A DNA stretch of 51,480 nt, filler included, from Malassezia furfur (GCA_052055015.1; 2 parts of 2 records of this genome joined end to end with filler, not necessarily neighbours in it); one strand, 5' to 3'. Counted from the first letter of the whole stretch, positions 20,755-33,877 are shown. Notes: generated from the letters alone by a model not told the origin. Numbers and translations: made by a program.

Positions 20755-22433
20755 ATGACGACGCCTACTCCGACGTTGGGTGACTTTCACCTCCCCGAAA
20801 TCCTCAATGAGCCCATGGTATGTTGTTTGTTGAGAGTAAACTTACTCAGCGCAACTTTGAGCCGAACTCGGTCGACCGTGCTGAGCTGCAAAAGGCGGTT
20901 GATGAGCTGATTGCGGCGGGCCCCCAAGAGGTGCCCGTCGTTATCGATGGCCGCGAGTTCACCTCGGGCAAGAAGAGCCAGCAGGTGAACCCCGGTAACC
21001 ACAAGCAGGTGCTGTGCAACTACTACGAGGCCGACGAGGCCATGGTCGACACGGCGATCCAAGGTGCGCTCAAGGCCAAGGAGGTCTGGGCGAACATGCC
21101 GTGGAGCGAGCGTGCCGCCATCGGCCTCAAGGCCGCGGACCTGATCGCGAACAAGTACCGCTACAAGCTGCTTGCCGCGACGATGGTCGGCCAGGGCAAG
21201 AACGTGTGGCAGGCTGAGATTGATGCCGGTGCGGAGATCTGCGACTTTTTGCGCTTCGGTGTGAAGTACATCCACGACATGTACTCCATCCAGCCGCCGC
21301 GCAACTCGCCTGGCGTGTGGAACCGCACTGAGTATCGCCCGCTCGAGGGCTTTGTGTTTGCTGTGTCGCCGTTCAACTTCACGGCGATTGCTGGCAACCT
21401 GGTGATGACGCCGGCGCTGGTCGGCAATGTCGTCGTGTGGAAGCCGTCGCCGATGGCCATCTACTCGAACTACATCGTGTTCCAGATCCTCAACGAGGCC
21501 GGCGTGCCTGACGGTGTGATCCAGTTCGTCCCCGGCGATGCGCCGACGGTGGCGAACGCGGCGATCAACCACCGCGACTTTTCGAGTCTGCACTTTACCG
21601 GCTCGACCTTCGTGTTCCGCTCGCTCTGGAAGCAGATCTCGAACAACCTCGACCTGTACCAGGGCTACCCCCGCATTGTCGGCGAGACGGGTGGCAAGAA
21701 CTTCCACTTTGTGCACCCCTCTGCGAACGTGGATGCGGTGGTGACGCAGTGCATCCGCGCCGCGTTCGAGTTCCAGGGCCAGAAGTGCAGTGCGCTGTCG
21801 CGCCTGTACGTGCCCAAGTCGCTCTGGGAGGGCGGCATGAAGGACAAGCTCGTGAGCGCCACCAAGAGCATCAGCCTGGGCCCTGTGAACGAGTTCAAGC
21901 ACTTTATGGGCCCGGTGATCGCCAAGCATGCCTTTGACAAGATCCTGGGCCTGATTGACGAGGCCAAGCAGCAGGGCGGCCAGGTGCTCACCGGCGGCAC
22001 GGGTGACGACTCGGTCGGCTACTACGTCCAGCCGACGATCATCGAGACCACGGATCCGCGCTCGGTGACGATGGTCAAGGAAATCTTTGGCCCGGTCATC
22101 ACCGTGTACGCATACCCCGACGATGAGATTGACGAGACGTGCAAGCTCGTCGACACCACGACCGAGTATGCGCTCACCGGCTCCATCTTCTCGTCGGACC
22201 GCCAGGAGCTGCTGCGTGTCAGCAACCTGCTCCGCAACGCGTCGGGCATGATGTACTACAACGACAAGTGCACGGGCGCGGTTGTGGGCCAGCAGCCGTT
22301 CGGCGGTGCGCGCGCCTCGGGCACGAACGACAAGGCGGGCAGCATGAACATCTTCTTCCGCTTCGTGTCGCCGCGCACGATCAAGGAGTCGTTCCTGGAG
22401 CCGTCGACCTACATCTACCCCTCGAACCAGTAA
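20755..22433 (+). CDS. PUT2: Delta-1-pyrroline-5-carboxylate dehydrogenase; intron 20818-20849; possible non-AUG N-terminal extension from 20704
   Basis: MVGQGKNVWQAEIDA, SPFNFTAIAGNL, LHFTGST, VGETGGKNFH, FEFQGQKCSA, QQPFGGARASGTNDKAGS. Confidence 0.96.
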
Positions 22434-22512
22434 GAAGTAGCGTTCCAGTAGCCGTAGATCACTTGGGCTTACACGCCGTGCATTGGTCCCGCCAACTATG
22501 CTACAACCACTC

Positions 22513-23244
<732 letters not shown>

Positions 23245-23766
23245 GGCGGCGGACGCGTGTGGAGCCGGGGTGCGATGTGGAGGTCCACCCCCCACCAACG
23301 AGCACGGCCGCGTGGACTGTCGGGCGGCCTGGCCGCCGCGCGGCGCCCCCACCTCCACTTGCGTGGCTCTCAGTCGGATCCTCGTCGCGGTTTAGTCAGA
23401 CACCGGGTGCATGTCGGTAGATAATCTATGCGGCGAATCGGCGGGCGAACGCACGGGCGCAGGAGGAAATCGGGCTGCACGATGGCACGACCGTGGAAGT
23501 TGGCTCAAGACAAACGATCGTGGAGCAAGATGGGCGTCTCGCGAGCAGATTCTACTCGGCCTCGCGACGAGGTCGAGCAACACACATCTCTCACCATACA
23601 CCACCGTTGAGGCTGGACCTTGACCTTTGCGTGCGCTCGCGGAGAAGCGCGAACGGCTGATTGTTGTGCTCGGATTGCGAGCACTGCGCGCGACCTTTGT
23701 GCTCGCGAGGTATCCTTTTTCGAGCAAGCGCCTACACACGTTTTTCGTGTCTACACACTTCTGAAT

Positions 23767-25698
23767 ATGCCCTCGGCTGTGCCCAGAGGGAAAGGGGTGC
23801 GCTGGTTGCTGCTGCTGGCAGCGGCACTCCAGGCTGCACCGTCGTGGGCCGATGTCCGCGTGGGCGTGTCCATTGCGGACCAATACCCCCCGCTGGCCCA
23901 CGTCAACCAAGCATACGACTGGCAGTTTCTGTCGAACACGTTTACGGCGGACGGTGATGCGCTCACCTACGCTGCATCCGGCCTGCCGAGCTGGGCAAAG
24001 ATTGATTCCGACAGCGGGCGGATCACCGGTATGCCGTCCAAGAGTGGGTCGGGCGACATGACGAACCATGTGACGATCACGGCGACCGACGGGCGTGAGC
24101 ACGCGCAGTCTGAGTTTGACCTTGTGACCATCGCAGCGCCTGCGCCGACGCTGCGTCAGTCGCTGCAGGACCAACTACCGCAGGCCGCGTCGATGGGCCA
24201 GGGCAACATGCTGCCCAACAAGGTGCTCCACCTGCCGCTCGGGTGGTCGTTCAGCGTGGGCTTCCGTGGCGATACGTTTGTGCTGCCCGAGGACGACCGT
24301 GTGTACTACACGTCGTACCTGGAGGGTGCGCAGCCGCTGCCTGACTGGATCGTGTTCAACGAGGAGGAGATGACGTACGACGGCATTGCGCCCACGCAGC
24401 CCGGCCCGAACGGCACGTACTACAACATCATCCTCTTTGGCTCGAACCGGCGCAACACGGGCGGCCCGTCGACCAACTTTACGATCTACGTTGCGGGCGG
24501 CATCATTACGACGAACCAGACGCTCCCGACGCCGATCGTGAACGTGACAGAGGGCCAGCCGTTTGCGTACACTGTGGACCAGCTGAACACGTCGACGATG
24601 CTGGTCGATGGCAAGCCGCCGCACTGGGGCTCGTTTTCCGTGGAGCCTGCAGCGAACGCGCCGACGTGGGTCTCGTTCGACACGCAGACCAACAACCTGA
24701 CGGGTACGCCTCCGTTCGAGACGAAGGAGAACAACTACACCACGACGACCGTGCCGCTGCGTGTCTCACACGACAATGCGAATCCGATGGACTTCAACGT
24801 GACGCTGGACGTATACCCCTCTGCCTTCAATGTCCAAACGTTGCCGAATGCCACTGTCTCGGCCGGGCAAGAGTTTGAAGTGGACCTGGCCAAGTACTTC
24901 CGGAACACCAAGGGGTCGTCGAGCATTGACGTGGATGCGCCGCTCGCGCGCCGCGACCTTCACCTCGTGATGGGCCACCAGGCGCACCGCCATTTGCGCC
25001 GCAGTCTGCCTAGCTGGCTGCACTACGACAGTGAGCACCAGCGGATCACAGGCACGGCACCCACCACCGAGCAGCAGGTGGCTGTGCGTGTCTCTGCGCC
25101 GAACCCGGTCGCGAATGCGCCCGTGCCCGACTCGCAGCTCGGATTCACCCTGTTTGTGCGCGATGAGCCGCACCCCGAGACGGCGCCGCACAAGCACGGC
25201 CTGACTTCTGGCGAGAAGGGCGCGATCGCCGGTTCGATCCTCGGCGCGGCGCTGCTTGCAGCGCTCGCAGGATTGTGCTTCTTCTGCTACCGGCGCCGGC
25301 GCCGTGCCGCGCCCACGACGACCACGTACGATGCGCCGGCGGACACGGTGGACGAAGCGGCGCCAGCGGCCGTCGACGAGGCCGTTGCTTCGCCGCACGC
25401 CGAGGCGGCGTCGCCCCACGCGGCGTCGACCCACGCGGCGTCGCCCGACACGCGCGCCCTGTCGCCGTACGTGCCGCAGTCGGAGCGCATGACGGAGACG
25501 CCGTACGACGATATCCGTGCGGTGCCGGACCGTTCGCCGCGTACGTATGGTGCGCCGGCCACCAGCATGGCCTATGCACCGGCTGCGGACACCACCTACA
25601 CCCCCCCGGCCGCCACGCACACGGAGGATGCGACCGGCGTCGGAAGCGCCGCGGGCCTCGCTGCAGGCGCGGGCCTGGGCGCCGGCGCCGGCGTTGCC
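23767..25698 (+). CDS. Axl2-like type I membrane protein with dystroglycan/cadherin-like Ig repeats; 3'-truncated by the gap
   Basis: Signal peptide, DQYPPLAHVNQAYDWQF, repeated LPxW motifs followed by TG/DG, and a TM helix followed by RRRRR. Confidence 0.8.
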
Positions 25699-25798
25699 NN
25701 NNNNNNNNNNNNNNNNNNNNNNNNNNNNNNNNNNNNNNNNNNTTAATTAATTAANNNNNNNNNNNNNNNNNNNNNNNNNNNNNNNNNNNNNNNNNNNN
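25699..25798. other. Artificial contig/scaffold spacer (N44-TTAATTAATTAA-N44)
   Basis: Exactly 100 bp of Ns around a palindromic linker that carries stop codons in all six frames. Confidence 0.97.
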
Positions 25799-27102
25799 AG
25801 CGGCGCGACGCCGAGGCCGATCGGCTCCTCCGACCGCGCCGGCGCCGCGGGCGGCACCTCGGTGCGCCGCTCGACGCTCGGCTCGGTCATGAACCCGCCC
25901 GGGAGACTCAGCTCCTGCTCGGCCTCTTGCGGGAGCGCAGGCAGCTCCGCCTCGCGCGCCGGCTGCGGCACCACCGGCGAGCGCTGGGGCTCGGCGCCGC
26001 GCGCGGCGGTCTGCGCACTCGCCGGCTCGTCGCGCTCGCGCGGCTGCTCGGGAATCGACTCGAGCACTTTGGGCTGCGGCGTGAGCGGCGACGCATCCGC
26101 CACGGGCATCGTCCGCAGCGACGTATCTTCGCGCGACTCGGGCGTCGACGAGAGCCCCGCGGCACTCCCCACGGCGCTCCCGACCGCGCCGGCAGCCGCC
26201 GCGGGCACGGCCGCAACCGCCGCGGCGCTCTCCGCAATGCTCGAGGTGGTATCGCGCGCCGGTGCGGCGTCTTCCGTGCGCGGCTCGGGGATCGACGTGT
26301 CGGCCGTGACGTTGGCGGCGTCCTCGCCGTCGTCCTCGCTCTCGTCGCTCATCTCGAGGTACGCCAGCGGCGTGACGCCCGTGCCGAGGCTGATGTGGCG
26401 CACATTGCTCAGCGCATTGTTGGGGTCGCGCGACAGATCCTCGTTGTCCAGCGCGCCGCTCCGCCAGGGGCCGCCGACATCGTCCTGCTGCGCGGCTTGT
26501 GCCGCCAGGCTCTTTTGTGCGTTCTTCGCAAGCGCCTCGCGCGCCGCAGCACGCGCGGCAAAGTCGTGCACGGCGCCCTCGTCGTCGTCGCCATCGGTCG
26601 CGACACTGCCCGCCTGCGACAGACGCCCATTCTCTTTGCCGTGCAGCTCGGTGATGGCGTTGTCGATATCGGCCATCGTCGAGCGCATCACGCCGGGATC
26701 ATTGGCAGCCGTGCCGGACGTCGCGGCAGGCGCCGCAGCCGCGGCACCCGCCGTGCCGAGCACGGCGGCCGCACCGCTTTGCGCTTCGGCACTCGGCGCT
26801 TCGGCATCGTTCTTCGGCCGCGCGTCGGCGGGCGCGGCGCCCGCACTCGGCTCCTCCGAGGCTGCGTGCGCCGCAGCACCATCGAGCATTTTCTGTGCCG
26901 CAGCGCGGTCATAGGTCGTGTAGGAAAACGGAAAGAGGCCCGTCTCCCCACGCACGTTGGTGCCTTGGAACCAGCCGTCGCCGTACGCGTCGTCCTTCTC
27001 CACGACCGCGATCTGCTCGCCGACCTTGAAGCTTACTTCGTCCGGGTTTTCTGCCTCAAAGTTATACAATGCATAGACATATTCTCCCGCATTCGCGGCC
27101 AT
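25799..27102 (-). CDS. N-terminal SH3 domain protein, Boi1/Boi2/Pob1-like; 3'-truncated by the gap
   Basis: YVYALYNFEAENPDEVSFKVGEQIAVVEKDDAYGDGWFQGTNVRGETGLFPFSYT at the N-terminus, then MRSTMADIDNAITEL. SAM and PH domains are not visible and are presumably lost in the gap. Confidence 0.75.
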
Positions 27103-27227
27103 CGTGCGAAGCAATCCACAGTCGTGGCCGCGGCAACGAGGCGTGTGCTGAGCTCCCGGGTTCCACACGTGGCACCACCGATCGGCACCTGCGTTCCTGC
27201 CAATCACAGCGTCGAACCTATGGGCGA

Positions 27228-28486
27228 TTAAATCACAAACAGCAGATTCATGTCCATGGGGTGCGACGCGCTCATTTGCGGTTTTTGAGAGTACTTGGCC
27301 GCCAAGACGTCACTGGGTCAGCACAGGGAAGACGTACCGTGTGGCATTGAGTAGCTGCAGGTAGGACAGCTGCGAGTACTGGTTCAGCACCGTGATGAAC
27401 GCCCAGCTCATCGCGCCCGTCGCCTTGCCAGCCTCCATCGCGTCGGCCGACGTCTGACTGTCCTTGCAGCCGGACAGCATGACAACGTCCGCACCGGACG
27501 AGCGCGTCTGGCGCGTGTACTCGGCGGCATTGCGGTTCATCGTCGCCGACTTGAACGTCGACATGAGACCCGTCACCACACCACCAATGTCGCCGCTGCG
27601 CCGTCAGTCGCTCCACGTACCGTGCATAGTTCAGCGCCGCACCGAGCAGGCCCTTGCCGACGTTCACCGAGATCTTGGTCTCCTTGATGTTGCCTGACGT
27701 AGAGTACACATACGGCAGATCCAGCGCCGTACCCGAGTGGCACGAGTCGAACAGCGCCGTCAGGCGGCAGCCGACCGGCAGCGGACGCACCAACCGCGCA
27801 TGCAGCTCGTCGTCGGGCATCTGCCCGACTTGCTGGAAGTCGAGCGGGAGGATCGTCTCATTGTACCCATCCTCCTCGTCTCCCTCGACCGCCGCCTCCT
27901 GGCCACCGTGGCCCGAGTAGTGGAAGAAGAGCGCATCGCCCGGCTGTGCACCGGCCACGAGCCACTGCATTGCCGCACAGATGTTGGCGCGCGTCGGCAC
28001 CGACTTGGGGTTCACGCCCGTCTCATCCGTCAGGATCACCATGTCATCACGCTGGTACCCGCCAAAGCGGTGGATGAAGTCGGCCATGTTGTGCACATCG
28101 TTCCAGCACCCACGCAGCGCATTGCTGGTACCTTGATAGTTGATGCCAATCAACAGCGCCTTGCGCTTGCCGGTCATCGACGAGTACTCGTACCGCATAC
28201 CATTCTCCATCACACCACCCTGGGGGTTGGCGTGCACCTGCATGTTCTGGTACTCGGGCGGCGCCATGGCACCTTGCTGCATGTGGTAGCTCGTCGGCGG
28301 ACCCTGGCGGTAGCCCTGCGGCTGGCCGTAGCCTTGCGGCTGGCCGTAGCCCTGCGGCGCACCGTAACCTTGCGGTTGGCCATAGCCTTGCGGGGCCCCG
28401 TAGCCCTGCGGCTGGCCGTAGCCGTAGCCCTGCTGCTGGTAGCCCTGCGGCGCACCGTAGCCCTGCTGGCCGTATTGGTTGTACAT
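27228..28486 (-). CDS. MCA1: Type I metacaspase; 2 introns
   Basis: Q/G/Y/P-rich prodomain, [11 protein letters not shown], catalytic His in FHYSGHG and catalytic Cys in [17 protein letters not shown], spliced end [14 protein letters not shown]. Confidence 0.96.
28310..28475 (-). repeat. Coding tandem repeat of about 18 bp (PQGYG[A/Q]) in the metacaspase prodomain
   Basis: Repeated gtagccYtgcggYKSSccg units on the + strand. Confidence 0.85.
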
Positions 28487-28531
28487 CGTGGTCCTAGCTC
28501 ACGACGCGCGCGTGCCACGTGGGCCCTCGCC

Positions 28532-29384
28532 ATGGCCAATGCGGCCGCTTCGTCCGCGTTCTTCGCGACGTTCCCGCGCGAGCTGCAGGGTAAGTGATGC
28601 GACTCAGACAGCGTTGCGCGACCTCATAGAAACCGAGCTCCCGGACAAATCCGATGTCGCCGTGCAGGCGCTCGCCGACGCTCGGCGGACGCTGCAGGAC
28701 GCCGCGCCGACCCTGCCGGCGCACGACCGGCAGACGTACGAGCACGAGCTGCAGTCCATCCAGCGCGCACTAGCGCAGCACACACAGGCAACCCGCAAGC
28801 GGTTCCAGTTCCGCCGCACCAACGCTCCGGCGCCTGCCAAGCCGACCACGTCTTTGCCGGCTGAAACCGCAGCGCCGGCACGGACCGACGTGCGGCACAC
28901 CGCAGCGCGGCTCGGCGCGCAGGACATCGCCCAGGCATCTGGCACGCTGGTCGGGCTCGATACGTGCGTCGTTGACCTCCGCGGCACAGCTGTACCGACT
29001 CTGCGCCTGCGCGACGTCGTCAACAGCCTCGTGTTTCTGGGCGACGTCCAAGGCAGCGTGTTGGTCGAGCAGTGCACGCGGTGCCTCATTGCCGGCCAGG
29101 CGCGCCAGTTTCGCGCCGTTGACGTTCATAACTGCGCACTGCTCATCACCACACCCTCTTCTCTCACGCTCGAGCTGAGCGATCAGGTGTGCGTGGGCAG
29201 CGACCTTCTCCAGCCCCCTGCCGAGCCGCCGCACGTCCAAGACTTCCAAGACGCGTTGGGCGACGCGCATCACTGGCGCCGTATTGATCCCGAGACCTTT
29301 GCAGCGCTCCAGGCGCGCATCGAGGGGGCAGAGATGGATGCCCAAACCGGCGTCGTCGAGGCTATCCTGGCTATGGCATTATGA
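28532..29384 (+). CDS. Tubulin-folding cofactor C-like protein; intron 28590-28611
   Basis: Helical N-terminus (LPAHDRQTYEHEL), RKRFQFRR, beta-helix region LGDVQGSVLVEQCTRC..QARQFR and VQDF. A 22-nt intron joins ATG 28532 to the long ORF. Confidence 0.82.
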
Positions 29385-31184
29385 CCGCTTCTTGCGTGGC
29401 GATCCAAGGTCCCGCTCTAGGGCCATCCGCCGCTTTTTGCGCTTCTTCAGATCGCGCTGCTTGATCAGACGTGGCTCGGCATCGGTGCGTGGCACGGCGG
29501 GCAGCTCATGGTCGACACTCGCCTCGTCGGAGCTGTCGCTCGACCTGGCGCCGCGCCGCGTCTTGACCAGGCTCTCGTACTCACCGCGCTCGAGCGGTTC
29601 GCCGATCGCATCGTCGTCGAGCGAAAAGGAAGGTGTACGCTCTTTGAGCACGCGCTTGCGCTTTTCGGGCGAGGGCGACGACGCAGCCAGTTTGCGCTTC
29701 TCGGGCGACGACATCGACGCCATCGGCTTGCGCTTCTCGGGCGACAAGTGCGACACCAGCGACGCGGTCGCGACATCGAGCGCCACGGGCTCGCGCAGGT
29801 AAAACAGCACATAGGCGCTCGGGTCATCCAGCGGGCACTTGGGCAGCCGCGTGATGTAGGCGTCGTCCATGCGCAGCCACTGGCCGTCGGGAGCACGCAC
29901 GCTCGCAACGTAGTGCCCAACGTTGGGCCCGCTACCGAAGTGGTGCACCACCGCATACAGTCGGTACTGCTGCAGAGCGCCAGCGGTGCTCGGCGACGCA
30001 TCGTCGTCACCTAGGCCCTTGGTGCGCTCGCTCATATACTTGCCCAGGTGCAGGCGCTCGCCATACGACACCGGGCGGTTGATCTTGTTGCCAAAAATCC
30101 CAAAGCGCTTCAGATGCACGGTCAGTGCCATGGGTGCGGCATCGATGCTGAAGCGCTTGGTCGCATCCACACGGCGCTTGCAGCTCTCGCACTTGTACTT
30201 TTCGGTGCCACTGAGCGACTCGGGGGCGGTAAAAGCATCCAGCGCTTGCTTCACACTGTTGATTCCCTTGCGCACATCAAGACTCAGGTCCATGATCGGG
30301 TCGAACGTGTCCGAATTATGCCGGCAGCTGTGACACGACACCCGACTGCGCAGCCGACCACCGAAGATGTCCTGCACGAGCGTTGTCGCAAGCAGTGGGT
30401 CGTTCGGCCGCAGCTTCTCCGGCGGAAAACTGATGCAGGCCTGCTGCAGCGCCTCGAGCAGGAGGCGCAGGTATTCGTGCGCATCCTCCTGGCGCCCAGG
30501 GCGCAGCGGTTTCGCAAATTTGCGCAGGTTGTTGATGAATTGCGACGGCGTCGCACTGCCACCCTGCCATGCTCGCTCGAAAAAGTCCTTCAGGGCGGCC
30601 ATGGGGTTGAAGACACTCGCGGCCTTGGCCGCTTGCTTGGCGTTGTGCGGCACACCGTAGCGTCCTAGCAACGTCGGGAGGCTTTGGGTGAGAAGCGCCG
30701 CGGCCAGCGGCGGCGTATGCAGTAGCGCCTGCATGACGCTGTTCAAGTAGCACGTATTTCCGCGGTTATACAGGCCCGCGGCGCGCATCTGTGTGCGGGG
30801 GAAGCGCGTGGAAAGGTGCGGCGTATACAGCGGCTGCACGCTGGACGCCTTGGCAGACGACGACGAGGGCGACTCCTCTTGCGGTGCCTGCGACTCGTCG
30901 TCGTCCGCATATGATACACGGGCACGCGTCTTCTCGGGTGCCACATCGTTGACCACCTCGTAGTGCGCTGCTCGCGCAGCTTCGAGGCTCATGCCCGCCT
31001 TGAGCTCTTCGCGCTGCGAGGACACGAACCGAACCGGATCCTCAAGCAAGGTTTTCAGCAAGGCCCCGGGCTTGATCGCCTCGTCGACGTCCGCTGCACG
31101 TTTTGCCGCCTTCACTGGCGAGCGAACGCTCGGCACACGGCTCCCGCTGCCCTTGGGTCGCGCGTGCTGCACCAGTTTGGCCAT
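29379..31184 (-). CDS. Ubiquitin-specific protease (USP36/Ubp10-like, family C19)
   Basis: Cys box GLYNRGNTCYLNSVMQAL, QEDAHE, and His box YAVVHHFGSGPNVGHY...MDD. Confidence 0.92.
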   Translation of the reverse strand: MAKLVQHARPKGSGSRVPSVRSPVKAAKRAADVDEAIKPGALLKTLLEDPVRFVSSQREELKAGMSLEAARAAHYEVVNDVAPEKTRARVSYADDDESQAPQEESPSSSSAKASSVQPLYTPHLSTRFPRTQMRAAGLYNRGNTCYLNSVMQALLHTPPLAAALLTQSLPTLLGRYGVPHNAKQAAKAASVFNPMAALKDFFERAWQGGSATPSQFINNLRKFAKPLRPGRQEDAHEYLRLLLEALQQACISFPPEKLRPNDPLLATTLVQDIFGGRLRSRVSCHSCRHNSDTFDPIMDLSLDVRKGINSVKQALDAFTAPESLSGTEKYKCESCKRRVDATKRFSIDAAPMALTVHLKRFGIFGNKINRPVSYGERLHLGKYMSERTKGLGDDDASPSTAGALQQYRLYAVVHHFGSGPNVGHYVASVRAPDGQWLRMDDAYITRLPKCPLDDPSAYVLFYLREPVALDVATASLVSHLSPEKRKPMASMSSPEKRKLAASSPSPEKRKRVLKERTPSFSLDDDAIGEPLERGEYESLVKTRRGARSSDSSDEASVDHELPAVPRTDAEPRLIKQRDLKKRKKRRMALERDLGSPRKKRS

Positions 31185-31265
31185 CCGTAAGAAGCAGTTT
31201 TTTTTTGTCCGTCCAAGTCGCTGAGTCAGCGTTCTCCCGTGCGCGCTTGGACCAGGACGGCAGCC

Positions 31266-33875
31266 ATGGGTACGCGGCGCGACTCACACAGAACCTTCGC
31301 TGCAAAAGGCGCTGTTCGACCGTGTCTATGACAAGCGCAAAGCTGCAGCGCTCGATCTGGAACGGTGCGTGGACCCCTCTTACGCAGGCAAGTGCGCGAA
31401 TGCGTGGGCCGCGGCGACCGAGCGCGTGTGTCGCAGATTGTGCAGCAGCTGTGCTCCTTTCTGAAGGAGCCGGTCCCCCAGAATACCAACGCACGCAATG
31501 GTGGGCTGATTGGGCTGGCCGGGGTCGGCATCGCGCTCGGACAGGAGATTGCGTCCTACCTGGACCAGTTCATGGACCCCATCCTGGCGTGTTTCAGTGA
31601 TCCAGACCCCAAGACGCGCTACTTTGCGTGCGAGAGCTTCTACAACATCGCCAAAGTATGCAAGGGCGAGATTCTCGTCTACTTTAACCAGGTGTTTGTC
31701 GTGCTTGCGCGCCTTGCGGCCGACTCGGAAGTGTCGGTAAAAAACGGCGCCGAGCTGTTGGACCGCCTGTTCAAGGACATTGTCAGCGAGGCCGCACCGC
31801 ACTACGTGTCCGTGTACCAGGACGTGGCGCGCGTCCGAGCCAAACAGGATGCAGCTGCCAGCGCCGCGAGCGGGGCCCTGGTGCGAGACAAGGCCGCGGT
31901 CCAGCAGCCGCTCCAGTCGGTTTACGAAGAAAAGGACGCACAAAACACCTCGATGAACAAAGCGTTTTCTCTCGTTCGGCTCATGCCGCTCCTGGCCGAG
32001 CGGATGCAGGTCATCAGCCCATTGACGCGCAACTACATGGTGAGCTGGATCGCTGTGCTCGACTCGGTGCCCGACCTGCAGCTGGTGAGCTTCCTGCCTG
32101 TGTTCCTTAAATACCTCTTCCAGTACCTGGCGGACCCCAACACGGACGTGGGTGTAGCGACCGCTGAGGTGCTGGGCAACTTTCTGCGCGAGATTCGCGA
32201 TGCGGCGCAGCATGCGCACAGCGCACTGCGCAACCGCCGCGAGGACAAGTCGGGTTCTCCAGCGGAGCCGGCGAGCGAGCAGCCAGAGCCCAAGGGCGAC
32301 GACGACGACCTAGTGTGGGTGCACTCGAACGACGTGCGCATCGAATACGGGGCCATCTTCGAAATCCTCCTCGAGCAGATCTCGAGCAACGACGAAGAAA
32401 TCCAGGCAACCACGTTTGAGTGGATCACAGAGTTTTTGCATGTCGTGCCATCGATGGTGATCTCGTTTACCCCGCGCCTGATCTCGGCAATTCTGCCGTG
32501 CCTGGCACACCCTGCCCCCGCGATCCAGACGGCGGCAATCGAGACGAACCGGCAGCTGATGCGTGCGATCGAGAGCCTCCCGTCGGCTCCAGCCGAAGAC
32601 GCCGACGAGGTGACCCAGTCGTCGCCGACGGTGTACGCCGATGCCGTGGACTACGCCGAGACCACCAACGCGCTCAAGCAGCACCTCTTGGACCAGAACG
32701 ACAAGACGCGACTGAATGCACTCGAGTGGCTCATCATGCTGCACCGCAAGAGCACTGCCAAGCTCATCTCGATGGAGGACGGGAGCTTCACCTTCCTGCT
32801 TAAGGTGCTATCGGACCCCAGCGAGGAGGTCATCCTGTGTGACCTGCGCCTCTTGACGCAGATCTGCAGCAAGTCGGACGCGCGGCATTTCGGCATGTTT
32901 ATCGAGCAGTTGCTGGACCTGTTCCGCTCGGATCCCAAGCTGCTCGAGACGTGGGGCAGTCTAATCATCCGCCAGCTCTGCTCATCGCTCGACACGGAGC
33001 GCGTGTTCTGTACGCTGGCCTCGACGCTTGAGTCGTCGGACGATTTGGAGTTCGCGAGTGTCATGGTGCAGAACCTCAACATGATCCTCGTCGCCGCACC
33101 GGAACTGGCCGTGCTCCGCCGCCGGCTGCGCGCGTTGGACCAAAAGGAGAACCAGACGCTGTTTGTGGGGCTGTATCGCTGCTGGTGCCACAACGCCGTG
33201 TCGGTATTTTGCTTGTGCCTGCTAACGCAAACCTACGAGCATGCGTACAACGTCCTGCGTACCTTTGCCGAGCTCGAAGTGACGCTCACCATGCTCATCC
33301 AAATCGACAAACTCGTGCAGCTGCTCGAGTCGCCCATCTTCACCGCGATGCGTCTCCAGCTCCTGGAGCCCGAGAGCCACCCGTACCTGTACAAGTGCTT
33401 GTATGGGTTGATGATGCTGCTGCCCCAGAGCTCGGCATTCTCGACGCTGCGCAACCGCGTGCATGCGATCAACGGCCTCGGCTTCCTCCCGGCTTCGGCG
33501 CGCACGTCAACACCGGCGAGCGGCGTGCGGACGCACCGCGCACCGCGCACCGACCTGTCCTGGTCGGATCTCCTCACCCACTTCCGCCAGATACAGGCGC
33601 GGCACGAGCAGGCGCGTGGGCAACGTGCCGATGCGCCGGTGAGCGACGCCGCTAGCGTGCGCGACCTGCAGGGCACGTCGTCGACCATGGCGCCGCCGGC
33701 CGAGGCCACCCCCGCGAATCGCCCGCGGCGCCGGCCAAACGAGCTGAGCCTCTTCCCCCCGGCACGGAGTGCCACGACGCCCCTCGGCACGATGCGGGGG
33801 ACACCCACCGAGGAGCAGCGGCTGAACTGGAGCAACGAGCGTACTGGGCGCCCGGCGAACCGGTCGGGGAAGTGA
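31266..33875 (+). CDS. VAC14: Vac14 HEAT scaffold of the Fab1/Fig4 PI(3,5)P2 complex; introns 31270-31291 and 31365-31387
   Basis: Spliced MEPSLQKALFDRVYDKRKAAALDLER, ARNGGLIGLA, RYFACESFYNIAKV, VKNGAELLDRL, QIDKLVQLLESPIF and LLPQSSAF. Confidence 0.96.
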
Positions 33876-33877
33876 AT

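Noticed and set aside
25699..25798. TTAATTAATTAA palindrome and apparent convergence of two polarity genes (Axl2-like and Boi-like)
   Set aside because: This is a synthetic six-frame-stop linker inside an N spacer. Both genes are cut, so their adjacency and the gap length are not established.
28310..28475. Regular short repeats as a possible CRISPR-like or satellite array
   Set aside because: They are in-frame coding repeats of the ordinary Q/G/Y-rich metacaspase prodomain, with no spacers.
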